Origin: Trichosphaerium sp. ATCC 40318
Lineage: Eukaryota > Protista > Tubulinea
Direction of reading: 5' to 3'
DNA: 64,000 nt
Assembly: GCA_038496445.1 (NCBI GenBank)
Contig: JALMLS010000268.1
Span: forward strand, 372,001 to 436,000
Shown: in pieces, positions 25,352 to 38,919 of the stretch
How the letters are laid out: every line of letters begins with the position of its first letter
Position numbering within the stretch: position 1 is the stretch's first letter
Position numbers and translations under genes: made by a program
The notes under the pieces: generated by a model
Told to the model about the DNA's origin: nothing
The model's input: only the letters and a program-made list of their open reading frames with translations
Database searches by the model: none

Positions 25352-26490
25352 ATGGCGTCTAAATTTTACTCAGCTGCTGTACAGGGCGATCTCGGTGCCA
25401 TTGATCTACTTGAATCATCAAATGACCCCAAGGCTCTTGTTAACGAACTAGATCAAGATAATCACACTGCCCTCCATTGGGCAGCGCAAACAAACGTACC
25501 AAAGCTGGCCTTACAAGTTTTACAACATGGCGCAAATGTAAGATCAAAAATACGCTAATTTGGCCGCTAAAAAGCCCGTAGGTTAATGCTTTGACTATAC
25601 AAGGATTTACACCAATTTACATTGCCGCCAGGCGTGGACACACAGACATTGTAAAAATATTGCTTAACGCCAACGCAGATCTTTCAGTACTTGTGCGTCA
25701 ACTATAACAAAAGCGGTTACCCTTTCTGTACCAAAACTAACCAAATATCACAAGGATGGCCATCATCAGACCGCCCTTCACCGTGTATGCGAGAACGGGT
25801 TCGAAAACATAGCTGCGCTCATGTTATCTGGCGGTGCCAACGCTAATATCAATCAACAAGATCTAATGGGCCGCACAGCGCTCCATTGGGCATGCTCAAA
25901 GTACAAATAGAGGCCCCTCTTTGCGTTTAAAAATCTGACATTTACGCTCATGTAGGGGTTTGACTGAAACGACTAAATTGTTGCTTGAGCGTGGCGCTGA
26001 TATTTTAAAAACAAAAAGTGGTGAAACTCCTTTGCATTGGGCTTGTATAGGTACAGAATTTTGGAAACAGTTTTTGTTGTTGAGAAATTTGACAAGTTTT
26101 TGCTGAACCTACTGGCCTATAGGTAACCATGAGGAATCTGTATCTGCGTTGCTCAAGTTTAAACCAATGGTTAAAGTTTATGGAAAGAATGAGAGAGGAG
26201 AGTCACCATATGACTTGGCGCAAAAGAACATAAAAGACCTCTTAAAAAGTGCGTTTTTTTTGAAGAATTTTTTTCACGTTGTGATTTTTTTTTTTTGAAC
26301 ACGTGACGTATAAATCGATTTTTGTAACATTCCTGATGTATTAATAGTGCACGCAAACTCCTTGGGAATTGAAGATGAACAAGAAGCAAAGATTAGTAAT
26401 ACACAACACTCGACAGCAGTCAAAAAGTTAAAAGGAAAACCAAAAGCTAAAAAACTAAATATTAGTTTTAAAATGAAACCTAAAAAGTAA
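25352..26490 (+). CDS. Ankyrin repeat protein with basic C-terminus
   Basis: HTALHWAA, FTPIYIAARRGH, QTALHRVC, RTALHWAC, ETPLHWAC repeats; ends KPKK*. Confidence 0.9.
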
Positions 26491-27710
26491 ACACAAATTC
26501 CTTCCCCTTTTTTTTTTTTTTTGAAGTTAGTTTTAAAAGGTAGTTCACTGAAAAGACGTTGGTTTTTATCTTTTAGCGCTGACTCACTCTCTACTGCACC
26601 AGAGGTTTGCTTTATCACGAACCCCGACAACGGCGCTTATATTGACATGTAAGGAAATTGCTTACTTGCAATGTAAAACCAGGGTCGTTGTCGACAGTGT
26701 ACTAACATCTTTTTTGTTACATTTTGCATAAAGTTCAGTAAGTAACTGTGGATTGATGACCACGTGGAACAAGGCGGTAGATAAACTCATATTGCACAGA
26801 ATATCGTTACAGTTGATACATGTTCTAGTGGTACGCTACATGGAGTAAAGGTACTATTTATACGCCATTTGAACTTTTTTTTTGTAGAAAACCTAATGGT
26901 GAAGCGGTTGTTGGACAATGAACTATGAACTTGAGATTGTGCGTATATTACAAATCTATTGTTTAGAATGTGTTGTTATACAACTGTTGCCTTTCTCTCC
27001 TGTATGAACCGTACGCATACGTCACAATCCCAGATGAAAACCCGCAGACTGTTTTGCACAAATTAAATCTCGTCAATTACTTGACATATTTGCATGACAC
27101 GCGCAAATACTTTTGAGATTATGGAACTACTATGGGACGTAGTGTAAATATTATCGTATTTCAAGGCAAACAAGGTGTAGACGCAGAATTAAGGTTTAAA
27201 TTTTGAGGAAATATCTTTTTCTAGTCACTTTTTCAGAAACTGGAGTTACAAGAAAGACCTTTTATCAATTGACTGTGGATGTTTTAAACTTGGGTAGTAA
27301 CAGCGAAACTTAACGAACTTTCCAATATTACGCGTGTCATTTAGATAGGTACTATCAAATGAAAACAATCTGCTGTGCCACTTTACAAGCTTAGGGATTT
27401 CTCGTATTTCTATTTTTGTTTTTGTAATGACACGTGACGAAATAAAGTTTCGAGAAAATCTCGTGTTTCTCCTTAACTGGCTACGCTAAAACCAGGAAAT
27501 AGTATGCACCACATTCATAGCGCGTGATTGGCAAGGAAGTTTAAGGAGGTACTTTTTTTGCTTCTCTCACATATATTTAGTGATGTCTTAGACTTGAGAC
27601 AGCACAGTTGGTGAGAATGGCATTAGGAACTTCTCAATATTTTTAAAGCAAATCACAAGAACAGCAACCGTTACACAAGTTCACTTAGATGATTATAAAA
27701 CAACAACAAA

Positions 27711-29319
27711 ATGCGGGGCAGCAACAACTCTTTTGTAATTACATTATTGTGCTTTTTAGCTATAGCATACTCGCAGAGTACGTGAACAATCTTTTTTGTA
27801 TTGTAATAGCCTCACCTATTTTGCTTTTTAGACTCGTTCCCAACTCCATCATGTCCATCGGATAATTGGTCGCGTTGGTTAGTATCAATACAACACACTC
27901 ACAATCTTATTTCTAACAAAGTAAACAATAGGTTCAACGTTGATAGGCCTTCTGGAAACGGTGAGTACGAGTCAAGATTCAACCATGAGCGAATCCTTGG
28001 CCCCGTGTGTACGTCTGCTAAGCACCACAGCATCTTTTATGTATCTAACGAATGTTGAAGGCGCTACTGGTACTACTGCAGCCAATATACAGTGTGTCAA
28101 TGTTGTTTCTGGTAGAGATTGGAGATCGTACCCTAATAATCCTTTCATAGTACCTTGTACTTTGGAAGGAGGTTTCCAGTGCAGGAACAGAGATATGGCT
28201 GTACTAGGCGTTAGGTTTTGTCCAAACATGCAAGTACGATACTGTTGTGAACCCGACGAAAGTAATACACCAACAACGATGCCTCCAACAACCCAACCTC
28301 CAACAACGGATCCTCCAACAACAGATCCTCCAACAACAATACCGCCAGGAACCATGTCTCCAATGGTACAATCTCCGACGACACTTCTCCCAACAACACA
28401 ACCGCCAACAAGTCTACCACCACGACCAACGCCACCAATGGTACCTACAACTATGCCGCCAACAACACAACCTCCAACAACGAATCCTCCAACAACAGAA
28501 CCTCCAATCACAGAATCGCCAACAACGATATCACCAGGAACTTCTCCAACTGTACGATCCCCTGCAACACTACAGCCAACCACAGAACCTCCAACACGTC
28601 CACCAAGATCCACGTCACCAATGATACCAACAACCTTCCCTCCAACAACACAACCACCAACAACGAATCCTCCAACAACACAACCTCCAATAACAGACCC
28701 GCCAACAACAATACCACCAGGAACCATGTCCCCAATGGCACAATCGCCATCAACAAATCTACCTACAACACAACCTCCGACCACTGAACCTCCTACAACA
28801 AGACCACCTAGATCTTTGGCGCCAGTAGCACAACCTCCTACAACTATACCTCCAACAACACAACCACCAACAACAGATCCTCCAACGACACTACCACCAA
28901 CAACGGATCCTCCGACAACAGATCCTCCAACAACAATACCACCAGGAACCATGCCTCCAATGGTACAATTGCCAACAACGCTATCCCCAACCACACAACC
29001 GCCAACAAGTCTACCACCGCGACCAACGCCACCAATGGTACCAACAACCTTACCTCCAACGACACAACCTCCAACAACGAATCCTCCAACAACAGAACCT
29101 CCAATAACAGAATCGCCAACAACGATACCACCAGGAACTTCTCCAACTGTACAATCCCCAATGACGCTATCTCCCACCACAGATCCTCCAACAACTCTAC
29201 CACCACGACCAACGCCACCAATGGTACCTACAACTATGCCGCCAACAACACAACCGCCAACAACGGATCCTCCAACAACGGATCCTCCTACATCGTTGCC
29301 ACCAAACAGGGTCAAGTGA
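27711..29319 (+). CDS. Secreted mucin: signal peptide + CysD (Mucin2_WxxW) domain + PTS domain
   Basis: Spliced CPSDNWSRWFNVDRPSGNGEYE..VCATG..IQC..VPCTLEGGFQCRNRD..FCPNMQVRYCC, followed by about 350 aa of Pro/Thr repeats. Confidence 0.88.
28270..29300 (+). repeat. Pro/Thr coding repeats with a higher-order duplication
   Basis: 15-bp PPTT[Q/D/N/E] units; the block starting 28324 recurs at 28921 (offset 597 nt). Confidence 0.9.
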
Positions 29320-29643
29320 AGGAAACAGTAGTCTGGGGTGTTTGAAACTAAACAATAAATAGATTATCATAACTTATTGTGTAACAGTTTTTATTCAGAC
29401 ACAAATAAATAAAAGGGCTGCCGCAACTTCTTTTAGGTGTTTGATTACGTCGAGAATATTAGAGTTGACAGCTATCGACACCTTAGTAGGTGACAAAACC
29501 AAGCAGTCATACGCTATGTTGTCAGATTAACCAAAGCGTAACCCTGTTCAACGTATCAGGTTTCCTATTGTGCACGTGTTGTAGTATGACTTAACTACGA
29601 AACTTTTTAAGTGCGTGTTTTAACGTTTAATCGTGTTACAGTA

Positions 29644-31314
29644 ATGGAAGAGGCATTTCATCTACCAGGTGATGACATAGAGACTCCAAAAGGGCCGTTG
29701 TCCCTCACAACACAGCTAATTATGCTAATTGCGAAGAATACAAAAATATACGGCTCTCAAACTTTGTACGCGTCACTATTGGGCTGAACTGACGATAAAA
29801 AGCGCCGTACTGCCATCAACACTCCAAACGCGAATATTAGCTGAAGCTTGTAAAACTTGTCGAAAAGTAAACATAAATTGGTCACTCTTTTTTACTCCAA
29901 GCGTACAATCAGAAATATTCACCACGACCGCGCAATAATTCCTTGTAGGTAACAGAATTGTTTTTCTATGGACACGAGACGATAACTGATATTACATTCA
30001 GCGGTACATCCACGTGATTTCAGACAATTTTTTTTTCTTCAAAATAACTGAGTTTCGATTAGAGCTTGCTGAGCATGGCACCCAATTGACCAAGCTAACT
30101 CTTATTAATGTGTCATTGAAGGTACTAATTGTATCAACAATTTTATAATTTACTGTGATGTTAAGGGCTTCACGGCTGTTTGTAGCGCCTGTACAGCACT
30201 CCAAGATGTCAACTTGGAAGGTATGAAATTAATAGAATCTATACAGCTTCCTAATTGACTTATAGGTTGCTTGGATGTTAGTAATAATGATATAGTTGCA
30301 CTTTCAACCAATTGTAAACAACTGAAAAGGTTATCACTTTCTTGTCTTAATGTGTTTGAAGGTAAGCAACAAACAACATCGCAAGACCAACTGATAATTT
30401 TCTGTATAATATAGATAATACTGTGTTGGATACCATCATCACTTTAACAAATTTGGAGAGTCTTAATATTGCCAGTACAAGCATTAAAGATGAACAGTAA
30501 GTACACACTTTCTTGACTTTGTAGTTTTTATACTAATGAATTCTTACGCATAGGTTTGCTTTGATTGCTCAAAATCTGACTAATCTGCAAGAAATCAACC
30601 TTTCAGATACTCCTATAAAATCTTTAGAGCCATTGGGTAGCTTAAAAAAACTATAGTATGTTGTGTTGGCTGACCAGAAATACACTAGCATTACATACTA
30701 ATTTTTTTACTTTTGTAGCTACATAAATTTGGCTTGGTGCATTTCTGATAGCTTTTCGCTAGCGCCCTTAGCTAATTGTCTAGAATTGAGATTCTTGAGT
30801 ATCACTGGCATGGATACTGCAGAGCATGAGCAAGTTGTCTTTCAAAAATGTAAAAAGCTTCATACACTTGTACGTGATCTTGTTAATTGTTCAGTTACCT
30901 AACAATCTATTCAATAGTTGGCAGCACAAGTAAAATTTCTATCAGATGAAAGCTATGAACTTATGAAGACACTTCCCTCATTGGCTCATTTGGGTATTGC
31001 AGAAAGCTCTATAACCGAAACAGGAATGCAACATGTACTTGGGATATCTACGTTAACCTTCCTTGTATGGCTCCAGTTCAAAGTAGTACCAATTATTGAC
31101 ATAGTACTCTTAGGATATAGCAATACATCAAAGGTTTGAAGAGTCCACATTGCACAAATTCGCAAACCTAAAAAATATCAAAAAGTTGAGTATTGAGAAT
31201 GGCGAGTTGCGACATTATGTTCTCTCTACTGAAGAGAAGGATATCATCACCAACAGTATTCCCTCAAGCACATCTCTGAAGTGGATTGACAATAGCAACT
31301 ACTTCTATAATTAG
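29644..31314 (+). CDS. LRR protein with N-terminal BC-box/F-box-like adaptor motif
   Basis: PLSLTTQLIMLIAKN..FAVLPSTLQTRIL followed by LRRs (LTNLESLNIAST, LTNLQEINLSDT, LPSLAHLGIAES). Confidence 0.75.
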
Positions 31315-31569
31315 ACTTGTACCACAGCCCATTCATTGGCATTTGAACTTGCTATCAAATCTCAACAACATTACAGCTGTAATGCTCGAACTCCAAATAA
31401 AATGGACCAGTATAAACTTGACAATGTCACGTGCTTATAATTTCACCAATTACACAAAAAGGGGTGTTCAGAAAATTGTACGAGACGGACAATTAGCAAA
31501 ACGCCGCTTAGTCCTTCTTGTGCGTGCCTTAAAGTTTGTGCGTACTCTCCGTTTACACAACTACACACA

Positions 31570-33221
31570 ATGATGGGCTGGATGGCCACAGGGCCAACTG
31601 CAGAAGATCTTTCTCCATCACCAAAGACGGTAATGGCATTTATGCTTTTCCCGGCCTGATAGCATTATTTTATTGACGTATATAACAGGTAGATGATTAT
31701 AAAGCGCTTGCGAAGAAAACGCTAACTGACCTACTTAAAATTAACGCAGAAGGTGCGCTATACCCTATAAATGCGCTTTTCGCAATGTAAATAAAGTATA
31801 ACACTCAAACAAAATGTAGACGATTGGGTTGAGCTACAACACAGTTACGAGGGTGTAGAATTGCTTGACAAGACAGTAGAGGGCGAACAAGTTGCTACAC
31901 TGAAAACAAGTGGCACTTTGCCTTGTTCTCCAGCTGTACGTTCCAATTTATACCTAATTACGCTCAATTAAATTGTTTCGAACAACTTAAAGCATTACGG
32001 ACAATCTTTTGCCCTTTTTTTCTTTTCTGTCCTTTCGTTTTGAACTAAAACAAGTGATTATTGCAGGAGTTATATCACATTGTCGCTACAACCGACTCTA
32101 GTGAACGATTGAAATGGGATAAAGAATGCTTGCACGTATCTCTCATAGAAGGCACGTGCCATTTGTTGTTTGAACGTTTACCTTGTGTGCAACACGTGAT
32201 TGGATCCATGATTAATTAATCTAATTGTAGAAATAAGCGGAGACTTGATTGTTATTTACCAAACGTATGCTGCGCCATATCCCCTTCAGAACAGAGATGT
32301 AGTTGGATTCCGTGATACAGTATTTAAAGACGATGGGAGTTATATCCTATACGGGTCTTCAACAAACCACGACAAGGTACAACACGCTGAACAATCCTGG
32401 AAAACTGACTTTGCATTTTTTATTGACTTTTGATTTGTAGAAACCTCTTGACCCAAATTTTACACGTGCTTTCGGATTATCGGCTTTCATTGTAAAACCA
32501 ATACCTGGTGCGTGGTTATGCAAGTGTTTATCTAAATTTATTAACATGGTAATCAAGGAGAACCTTTTAAATGTCATGCTACGCGCATTGTACGAGTAGA
32601 CCCTATGGGCTCTATTCCAAAGATGTTTTTAGCTCTAGCCAAAACAACAATGGCTAAGCAGTACAAAGTAGTCGTAGACTACGTCAAAACAGAGTACGTT
32701 ATCTAATACATTTACAAATACAGTAACATTAACAAACTGAATAGAATTGCACCAAACAGAAAACCTGGACAAGTTAAGACACTTCCAAGACGTGTTTCTA
32801 AAGGTATACATACGCCTGTTACGACGTTTGTTATTAACCACTTTTTTAACAGTTCTGGACGTGTCCCCTGAGGAATCAGATGACGAGGAATCGGATGACG
32901 AGGAAACTAACTTGCTCAGCGTTTCGCAAACTATTGATGATGATGATGTCGGATGTGTTCCATGATCCACATGATGCTGATTTTGATGATCTCAAAAAGC
33001 ACGGTCACCATGCCGAGAAGTTGACTAAAATTCAACATGTACTTGAAAGGCTAGAGGAGAACACAAGACATTTGAATGATCGTATGCTGGCTTTAGAAAA
33101 GGGTAAAAAATTAGGTGGAAAAAAATCGACAGAAGTCATTTCTTGGACTTATGTTGCTATGGCTGCACTACCTTTTGTTGTATATGGAGCATATAAGATG
33201 CTACAACAAGCAAAGAAGTAG
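31570..33221 (+). CDS. START-domain lipid-transfer protein with C-terminal tail anchor
   Basis: RLKWDKEC, YAAPYPLQNRDVV and RVDPMGSIPK are START motifs; then acidic linker, coiled coil and TM ISWTYVAMAALPFVVYGAY. Confidence 0.88.
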
Positions 33222-33471
33222 CGTGCATGCTTGGCGTACATTTTTTCCTCCAAAGAGCCCGGCTAAGGCTAAGTATCAACAACCCTTGTATCTTGTAAAA
33301 AGTATATTACTTATTGTAGAAAAATGCCTTATGTTTCACTCTCGTTCACTATTTACATGTAATCAAGGTTATGCACTAAGAGACATATAATCACTTGATT
33401 ATAATAAGAAATATAAAATACCCAATCACGTGGAGATAGTGTTTTGGTGAAACAACTTCTATTTTATTGAA

Positions 33472-36400
33472 TTAGTTTGTTAGAACGAGGGTTGCTGTCT
33501 TGTGTTGTTGTATCTTTTCTTCTGTGAAGAATAATGTAGCGAACTCGTCTTTTTTAAACATTTGATACAAATCATCATAGTGCTTACTTCCAAGATGACC
33601 AGAGTTACCGCCAGGCTACAGAGTCATCAACAAAAAGAAAAACAAAAAAGTAAATTCTAAAAGAAGGTACAATGATAAACTTTGTGTTATCCCAATCACT
33701 CATATCCATAACCATTTTTAGGGACTGTTGAAACATATTCTTCTTGTATCCCAACTTGGAATCATCAAACTCATAGAAACTATTTTGCAAGAGTGCTAAT
33801 AACCGACAAAAGTTAACACGTGAAAAAAAATACAAAAAACAAGAGCTGTTAAAACTGTTTTTTTCTGAACCAACACAAAAAACGTACTGTCTCCATCTCC
33901 TCCGTTAGGGAAATTAGGATTAGAAAAAGCACCATCCAAAACTTTTATGAGACCCAAAGCATGTGGCATTTTGGCTGATTGGAAGTTACCCCATTGCCAT
34001 GAATCCACATCCTCTCCTTTGAAATTATCAGTTTAATGCTTATAAAAACCATGTGTTTTTTGTCAGAAAAGAGGGCGTACCAGCAATCTCCTGTAAGACC
34101 TCAAGAGCTTCTTTTGTTGAATGTATAATAATATCTTTCAGTTCTTCCCTTGTCACCCATGGGTTATCTTCTTCATCGATTATCCTCATGAATCCGTTAC
34201 CAGTATGAGAGAAGAATTCATGAACTATTCTCAATTTGCTGCTACAGAGGGCATTAGAGAAAAACAAGCAAAAAAAAAAAAGAGAATACAAATTCAGAAA
34301 AAGTACACCCACACGTGCATGATGAAATAGAGAACATTTTAATTATAATGTATAGTGATAACTTTGCTTTATAATTCAGAAAAAAAACGTACTAGGATCT
34401 ACCAAGGAGAATCTGAGTCACATTTTTATCAGCCTTCAAAAAACAATGACACGTTAGTAAATATCTTAACTGTGTTTTTTATGATAGCATACCTTGCTGG
34501 AAACAATATTATGAAGCATTCTCCATCTCACAAAGCGGTACAATGTTGCAGCTGATGAAGTCTACAAACAATTAGCACCAAGAAAGAACAAAAGCACTAA
34601 AAAGTTTGCATACTATTGCCATTTCTCCGTCCCATTTAGCTATACGTTGGAGCACATCCTTTACTTGTCCTTCTTGGTCTTTTACCCAAGAGGAGGATGC
34701 AAGGAACTGTGCAAACTTGAAACCAACCTTTGAAAATACATCCTTTTGCATGTCAAGGAAGGATTTAATATCCCACTTCTCGGTCTTGCTCAGAAGAGCT
34801 TCCATCCTTTAATATCAAATTTAGAACATACACTTACTAGAAAAAGCATTTATATTACCTTTCAGAACGCAGAGGAGATATGAAGGCGGTTCCCAAACTA
34901 TTCTTCACTGCTGAATCAGGTGAAGGTTTTTGATTACCAGTAAACAAAAAGTTTGTCTTCGGGTTGATAACACGTGGAAGCTCTTTAATAAGAGTTAGTA
35001 TCATTTATAAACTATATATACGTACCTTTAGTATCCACATTGCCTTCCCAATCGTATTCTCCTGTCCATCCTGGCACAGGCATACCACCATTACCCTTTT
35101 TTTAAGTAAGTACAACATGGTGTTTGTTAAGTTGTTCTACCTTTTTACGGAGAGGTACAAGCCCAGTGAAAGAGTATCCAATGTTTCCTGATGTATCTGC
35201 GAATACTAGACCGTACGATCCAGACAAAGGAGTGATTATATCTTGAAAATCCTTGACAGTTTTTGATTTCTGGCCAAAAAGTTAGCTTAAAAGAGATGAT
35301 AGTTTTTTTTGTTTTTGAGAAAACAAGTGTGTTGCGTACCAATACTGCGTCAAATTGCAATCCGATATCATTTGGATAATGCAATACTGCACTAGATAGA
35401 GCAAAATGGTATTTAGCGCCTGTCCACTTTTTTTTGAGGTTGGACATTGTAGTTGCATCATTTTCAATAAATTCAGTCAAGAGAGGTCCATGAACAGTCT
35501 AAGCAGAAAAAGTCATCATAAGTATGTACGTACATGATCATAATATATTACCTCTACTACATCATATAATATAGGATCTTCTTTACCTTTGATGTAAATC
35601 TTTTCTGTGGTTACTTTTGCATCAACCCATTTGTTCTTGTGCATGTATTTGTAAGATCCATCATCTTTGAATTTCTCAACAAATATATCCTCTTGATCAG
35701 CATAACCGAGTGTTACACTAAGAAAAAATACAATTACATCAATAAATAGTTCACTATAGTACGCACCCAATACCAACATAGTCTGAGTGACCAAGCACAA
35801 CTATTATTAAAAAATAAGTTCCTACAAGCACAAAAATAGGATTCATGACATACTTCCAGGATAACCTGGCATTGTTACTCCAGCAACATTTAATTTGCCG
35901 TCATGTGTACGTATATGACTCATATACCACATGGAAGGAGTGCGAAGCTCCAAATGAGGGTCATTGGCGAGCAAAGGCATTCCAGTTTTTGATTTTTCTC
36001 CTGATACAGCCTTAACCAAGCCAAGTAAGTACAACGACAATGACAAAAGTAAAGTCAGCTTACCCAAGCGTTACTGCCTGAAATTTTACCTGTATAAGGC
36101 TCTTCAGCACCCATACTTGCTCTACTCAAAAGATCATTCATATCAAGTCCCTTTGGAGATGAAACTAGAGCAGACATTATTTTACAGTTTTTTGGTTTTT
36201 TTTGCAAACGTACATCCAACTCCGTAATCCTGGCTTGCTTCAAAAAGCTGTGAAGAATGAGTATGCTATACAGATTGTAGAAGTTTACAAAACTCTTGTC
36301 GTACCCCAGCAAGCTCTGAGCCTATTGTTTGTTCAAGTACAACACGAGCAAGCTCTACACTAGATCCTCTAGCCATCTGTTTGCAAATGAAAAATACAAG

Positions 36401-37371
36401 CGTAAAGGAGTCTATTTCAGTCCAAGGTTCAGGCTTAGGCATACCAAGCTGTTTTAAACAAAAAAGTGTGAATAAGATGTTTATGTCAGAAATTCATAAA
36501 CTGTTCACGTGATCTAACAGAACAACAATGCAACAAAAACTTGTGACGCACAATGTAAAATTCCAATGGTTTAACGTAATGCTCACTTTCGTAGTATGCG
36601 TTAATACCTGATACAAAAGCACGTGTACGTAGTACAGTCTCAACATCAGCATCAGATGAGTTCTATTAAAGTCAGTTGGGAATCATAATTCTAAAGCTGT
36701 TTTTTTTTTTTTTGGAATCACGTGCCCATGAAACAGCCATCCTGCGTAGTCCCAATGTTAACATCATCTTATCAACAGGTAATGCTTTTTCTCCAATTAT
36801 AGTACTTAATCTTCCAGAAACAAGGTTGCGATAGAACTCAATTGCAAAAGTCCTAAAAAAAGAAAAAAAGTTAGTTTAGCTTTTTGTTCCTTGGATATTT
36901 AATTTGCCCGCTTTTCAAATGGGTTGTGTGAAATATAAAAACGTACCTATCCTGTGCCATGGCATAGCCTTGGCCAAATAGAGCTTGCTCAAAGTCATCA
37001 GCAACGATATGAGGTACACCATAAATATCTCTTGTTATAGTGATGTTACCAGTAAGTAACGGCGATGATACCGTTATTGTGCCTGTTTTGAGGCGTTAGA
37101 TAATTTATTACGCGCGTTGTGGTTTCTTGTGTTTTACCATCAAGTTTAGGTAGTGATAAGGAGCTAATAAGCTTAAAAATAGCTCTTAGAGTGAGACCAG
37201 CGCCAACAGTTAATTGCGATCTGATTTTTTCAGTTGCTTTATCCTAAAATGCACTTTGTTACGCGTATTAATCATATTGCAAAGGCGTACAACAACTTCT
37301 ATGTTTGTTCGGATAAATAAAGGAACAAGAAGCGCTAACAATAGCACAACAACATTAACACACAACCCCAT
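33472..37371 (-). CDS. Penicillin acylase / AHL-acylase family Ntn-hydrolase (peptidase S45), many introns
   Basis: ITRDIYGVPHIVA, FGQGYAMAQDR, GSNAW (catalytic Ser), PLLANDPHL, VAGVTMPG, VHGPL, SWQWG and GQSGHLGSKHYDD; N-terminal hydrophobic segment. Confidence 0.92.
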
Positions 37372-37659
37372 GAGCGTTGGATGCCTTACAAGAATAAACG
37401 ACAGTAACTAAGTGGTTGACGTTTGTTGAAAAAAAAAACCAAAATAAAAACGCCTACTCTCGTTTTAGGTGATGACCCGAAAATTCATCAACGTAATTCC
37501 ACTGAAACGCCAACAAATTGTCAATTGCAAGCATGAATTTATGTCGATGCCTACAACACTGGTGCAAAGTTAATCGTAATTTTGCTGCGAAAAGCAGAAA
37601 AAAAAGAGATCGGCAGTCAAAGTTATTCAGTATTCCTAACCAATCTCTACAGCGCACAA

Positions 37660-38337
37660 ATGGAGACGAAAAACACGGCTCTAACTAATAAACGTAAGCT
37701 CCATACCCTACAAAACGATTTATACACAAATAAAGTAGAGTTAGAGTATTCCCACCTATTTCACCTTCCAACAGAGATACAGCTTGATATTATTGACTTA
37801 GACCTTGAAGTTTATATAAAATGGGCTATACTATCAAAACATACAGCAACTACTTCAAGGTTTGACTGTGACATGAAAAAGCATGGAAAATGGCTCAAAA
37901 TCAAATATCTTGAAGATGGCACGACATCACGTGTACAAACAGGTGCATTAGCAAAAGTGGTACAACAAGAGTATTGGACACATGGTTCACGAGAAGGAGA
38001 GTGCAAGCAGTGGCATGATAATGGACAATTGAGAATGAAGTACAATTACATTAATGGTAAAATGGAAGGTGAGCATAAGACATGGCATCTAAACGGTCAA
38101 TTGTCTGCTCAGTGCCATTGTATCAAAGGAAAACTTGAAGGAGAGTACAGGGAGTGGTATGATAGTGGCCAATTGAAAGCAAAATGTAGTTATGTCAAAA
38201 GCAAGCTTGAAGGAGAATACAAGTCATGGCATAAAAACGGCAAGTTGATGGAGCAATGCAGCTATGTGCATAGTGTAAGAGTAGGAGAATATAGAAGCTG
38301 GTATGATAATGGTAGAGAAAACCAGCGGTATTTTTAG
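37660..38337 (+). CDS. Intronless F-box-like + MORN-variant (YwqK-like) repeat protein
   Basis: LFHLPTEIQLDII, then 24-aa repeats such as GKLEGEYREWYDSGQL. Confidence 0.85.
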   Translation: METKNTALTNKRKLHTLQNDLYTNKVELEYSHLFHLPTEIQLDIIDLDLEVYIKWAILSKHTATTSRFDCDMKKHGKWLKIKYLEDGTTSRVQTGALAKVVQQEYWTHGSREGECKQWHDNGQLRMKYNYINGKMEGEHKTWHLNGQLSAQCHCIKGKLEGEYREWYDSGQLKAKCSYVKSKLEGEYKSWHKNGKLMEQCSYVHSVRVGEYRSWYDNGRENQRYF

Positions 38338-38919
38338 TACTTTGTACTGATACTATACCTCTGCTATGTGATCCTAGGTGTTGGTTTGTTCTGTATTGTC
38401 AACAACAAGGTATTAACACAAAATCAACATGTTAAAAAAATCTAGCAATTAGAGCTGTACACACCATTTCAGCACAATAAATTAGAACAACCAGTGAACC
38501 TATTAATTGCACTACACGAAGCACGTAAATGTAAACATGATAAAGCTTGGTGGATATACGGTCATCAATACAAGCAATGTAAGAAGTGGCAGGACAACGA
38601 TTGAATTATAAATGAGCGTAAGTAAAAGTACTTTAATGCTTCTCTTAATAAATAAATAGCATCGCAGCAAATTGACTTGTTTAAGTGTCATTAAAGCGTA
38701 AGAATAGCATATGATTTTACAACGCCAGCAGTTAATACGCTTATAGATTAGTTTTGTAGGTCTAAATGTCAAATTTTTCTTAAGCACTGAAAATTCAAGA
38801 AAGAAATTTTTTTATTTCATTTTACTTTTTCGAACAACCCATCCCATGCTGATGAACGTAATCATCTGGCTTTATATTAAAAGTTTTATCAGGTCCAACT
38901 TTTTTTATACTTGTCGGGT

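Noticed and set aside
27972-29315. 447-aa minus-strand Val/Gly ORF
   Set aside because: Antisense shadow of the mucin PTS domain.
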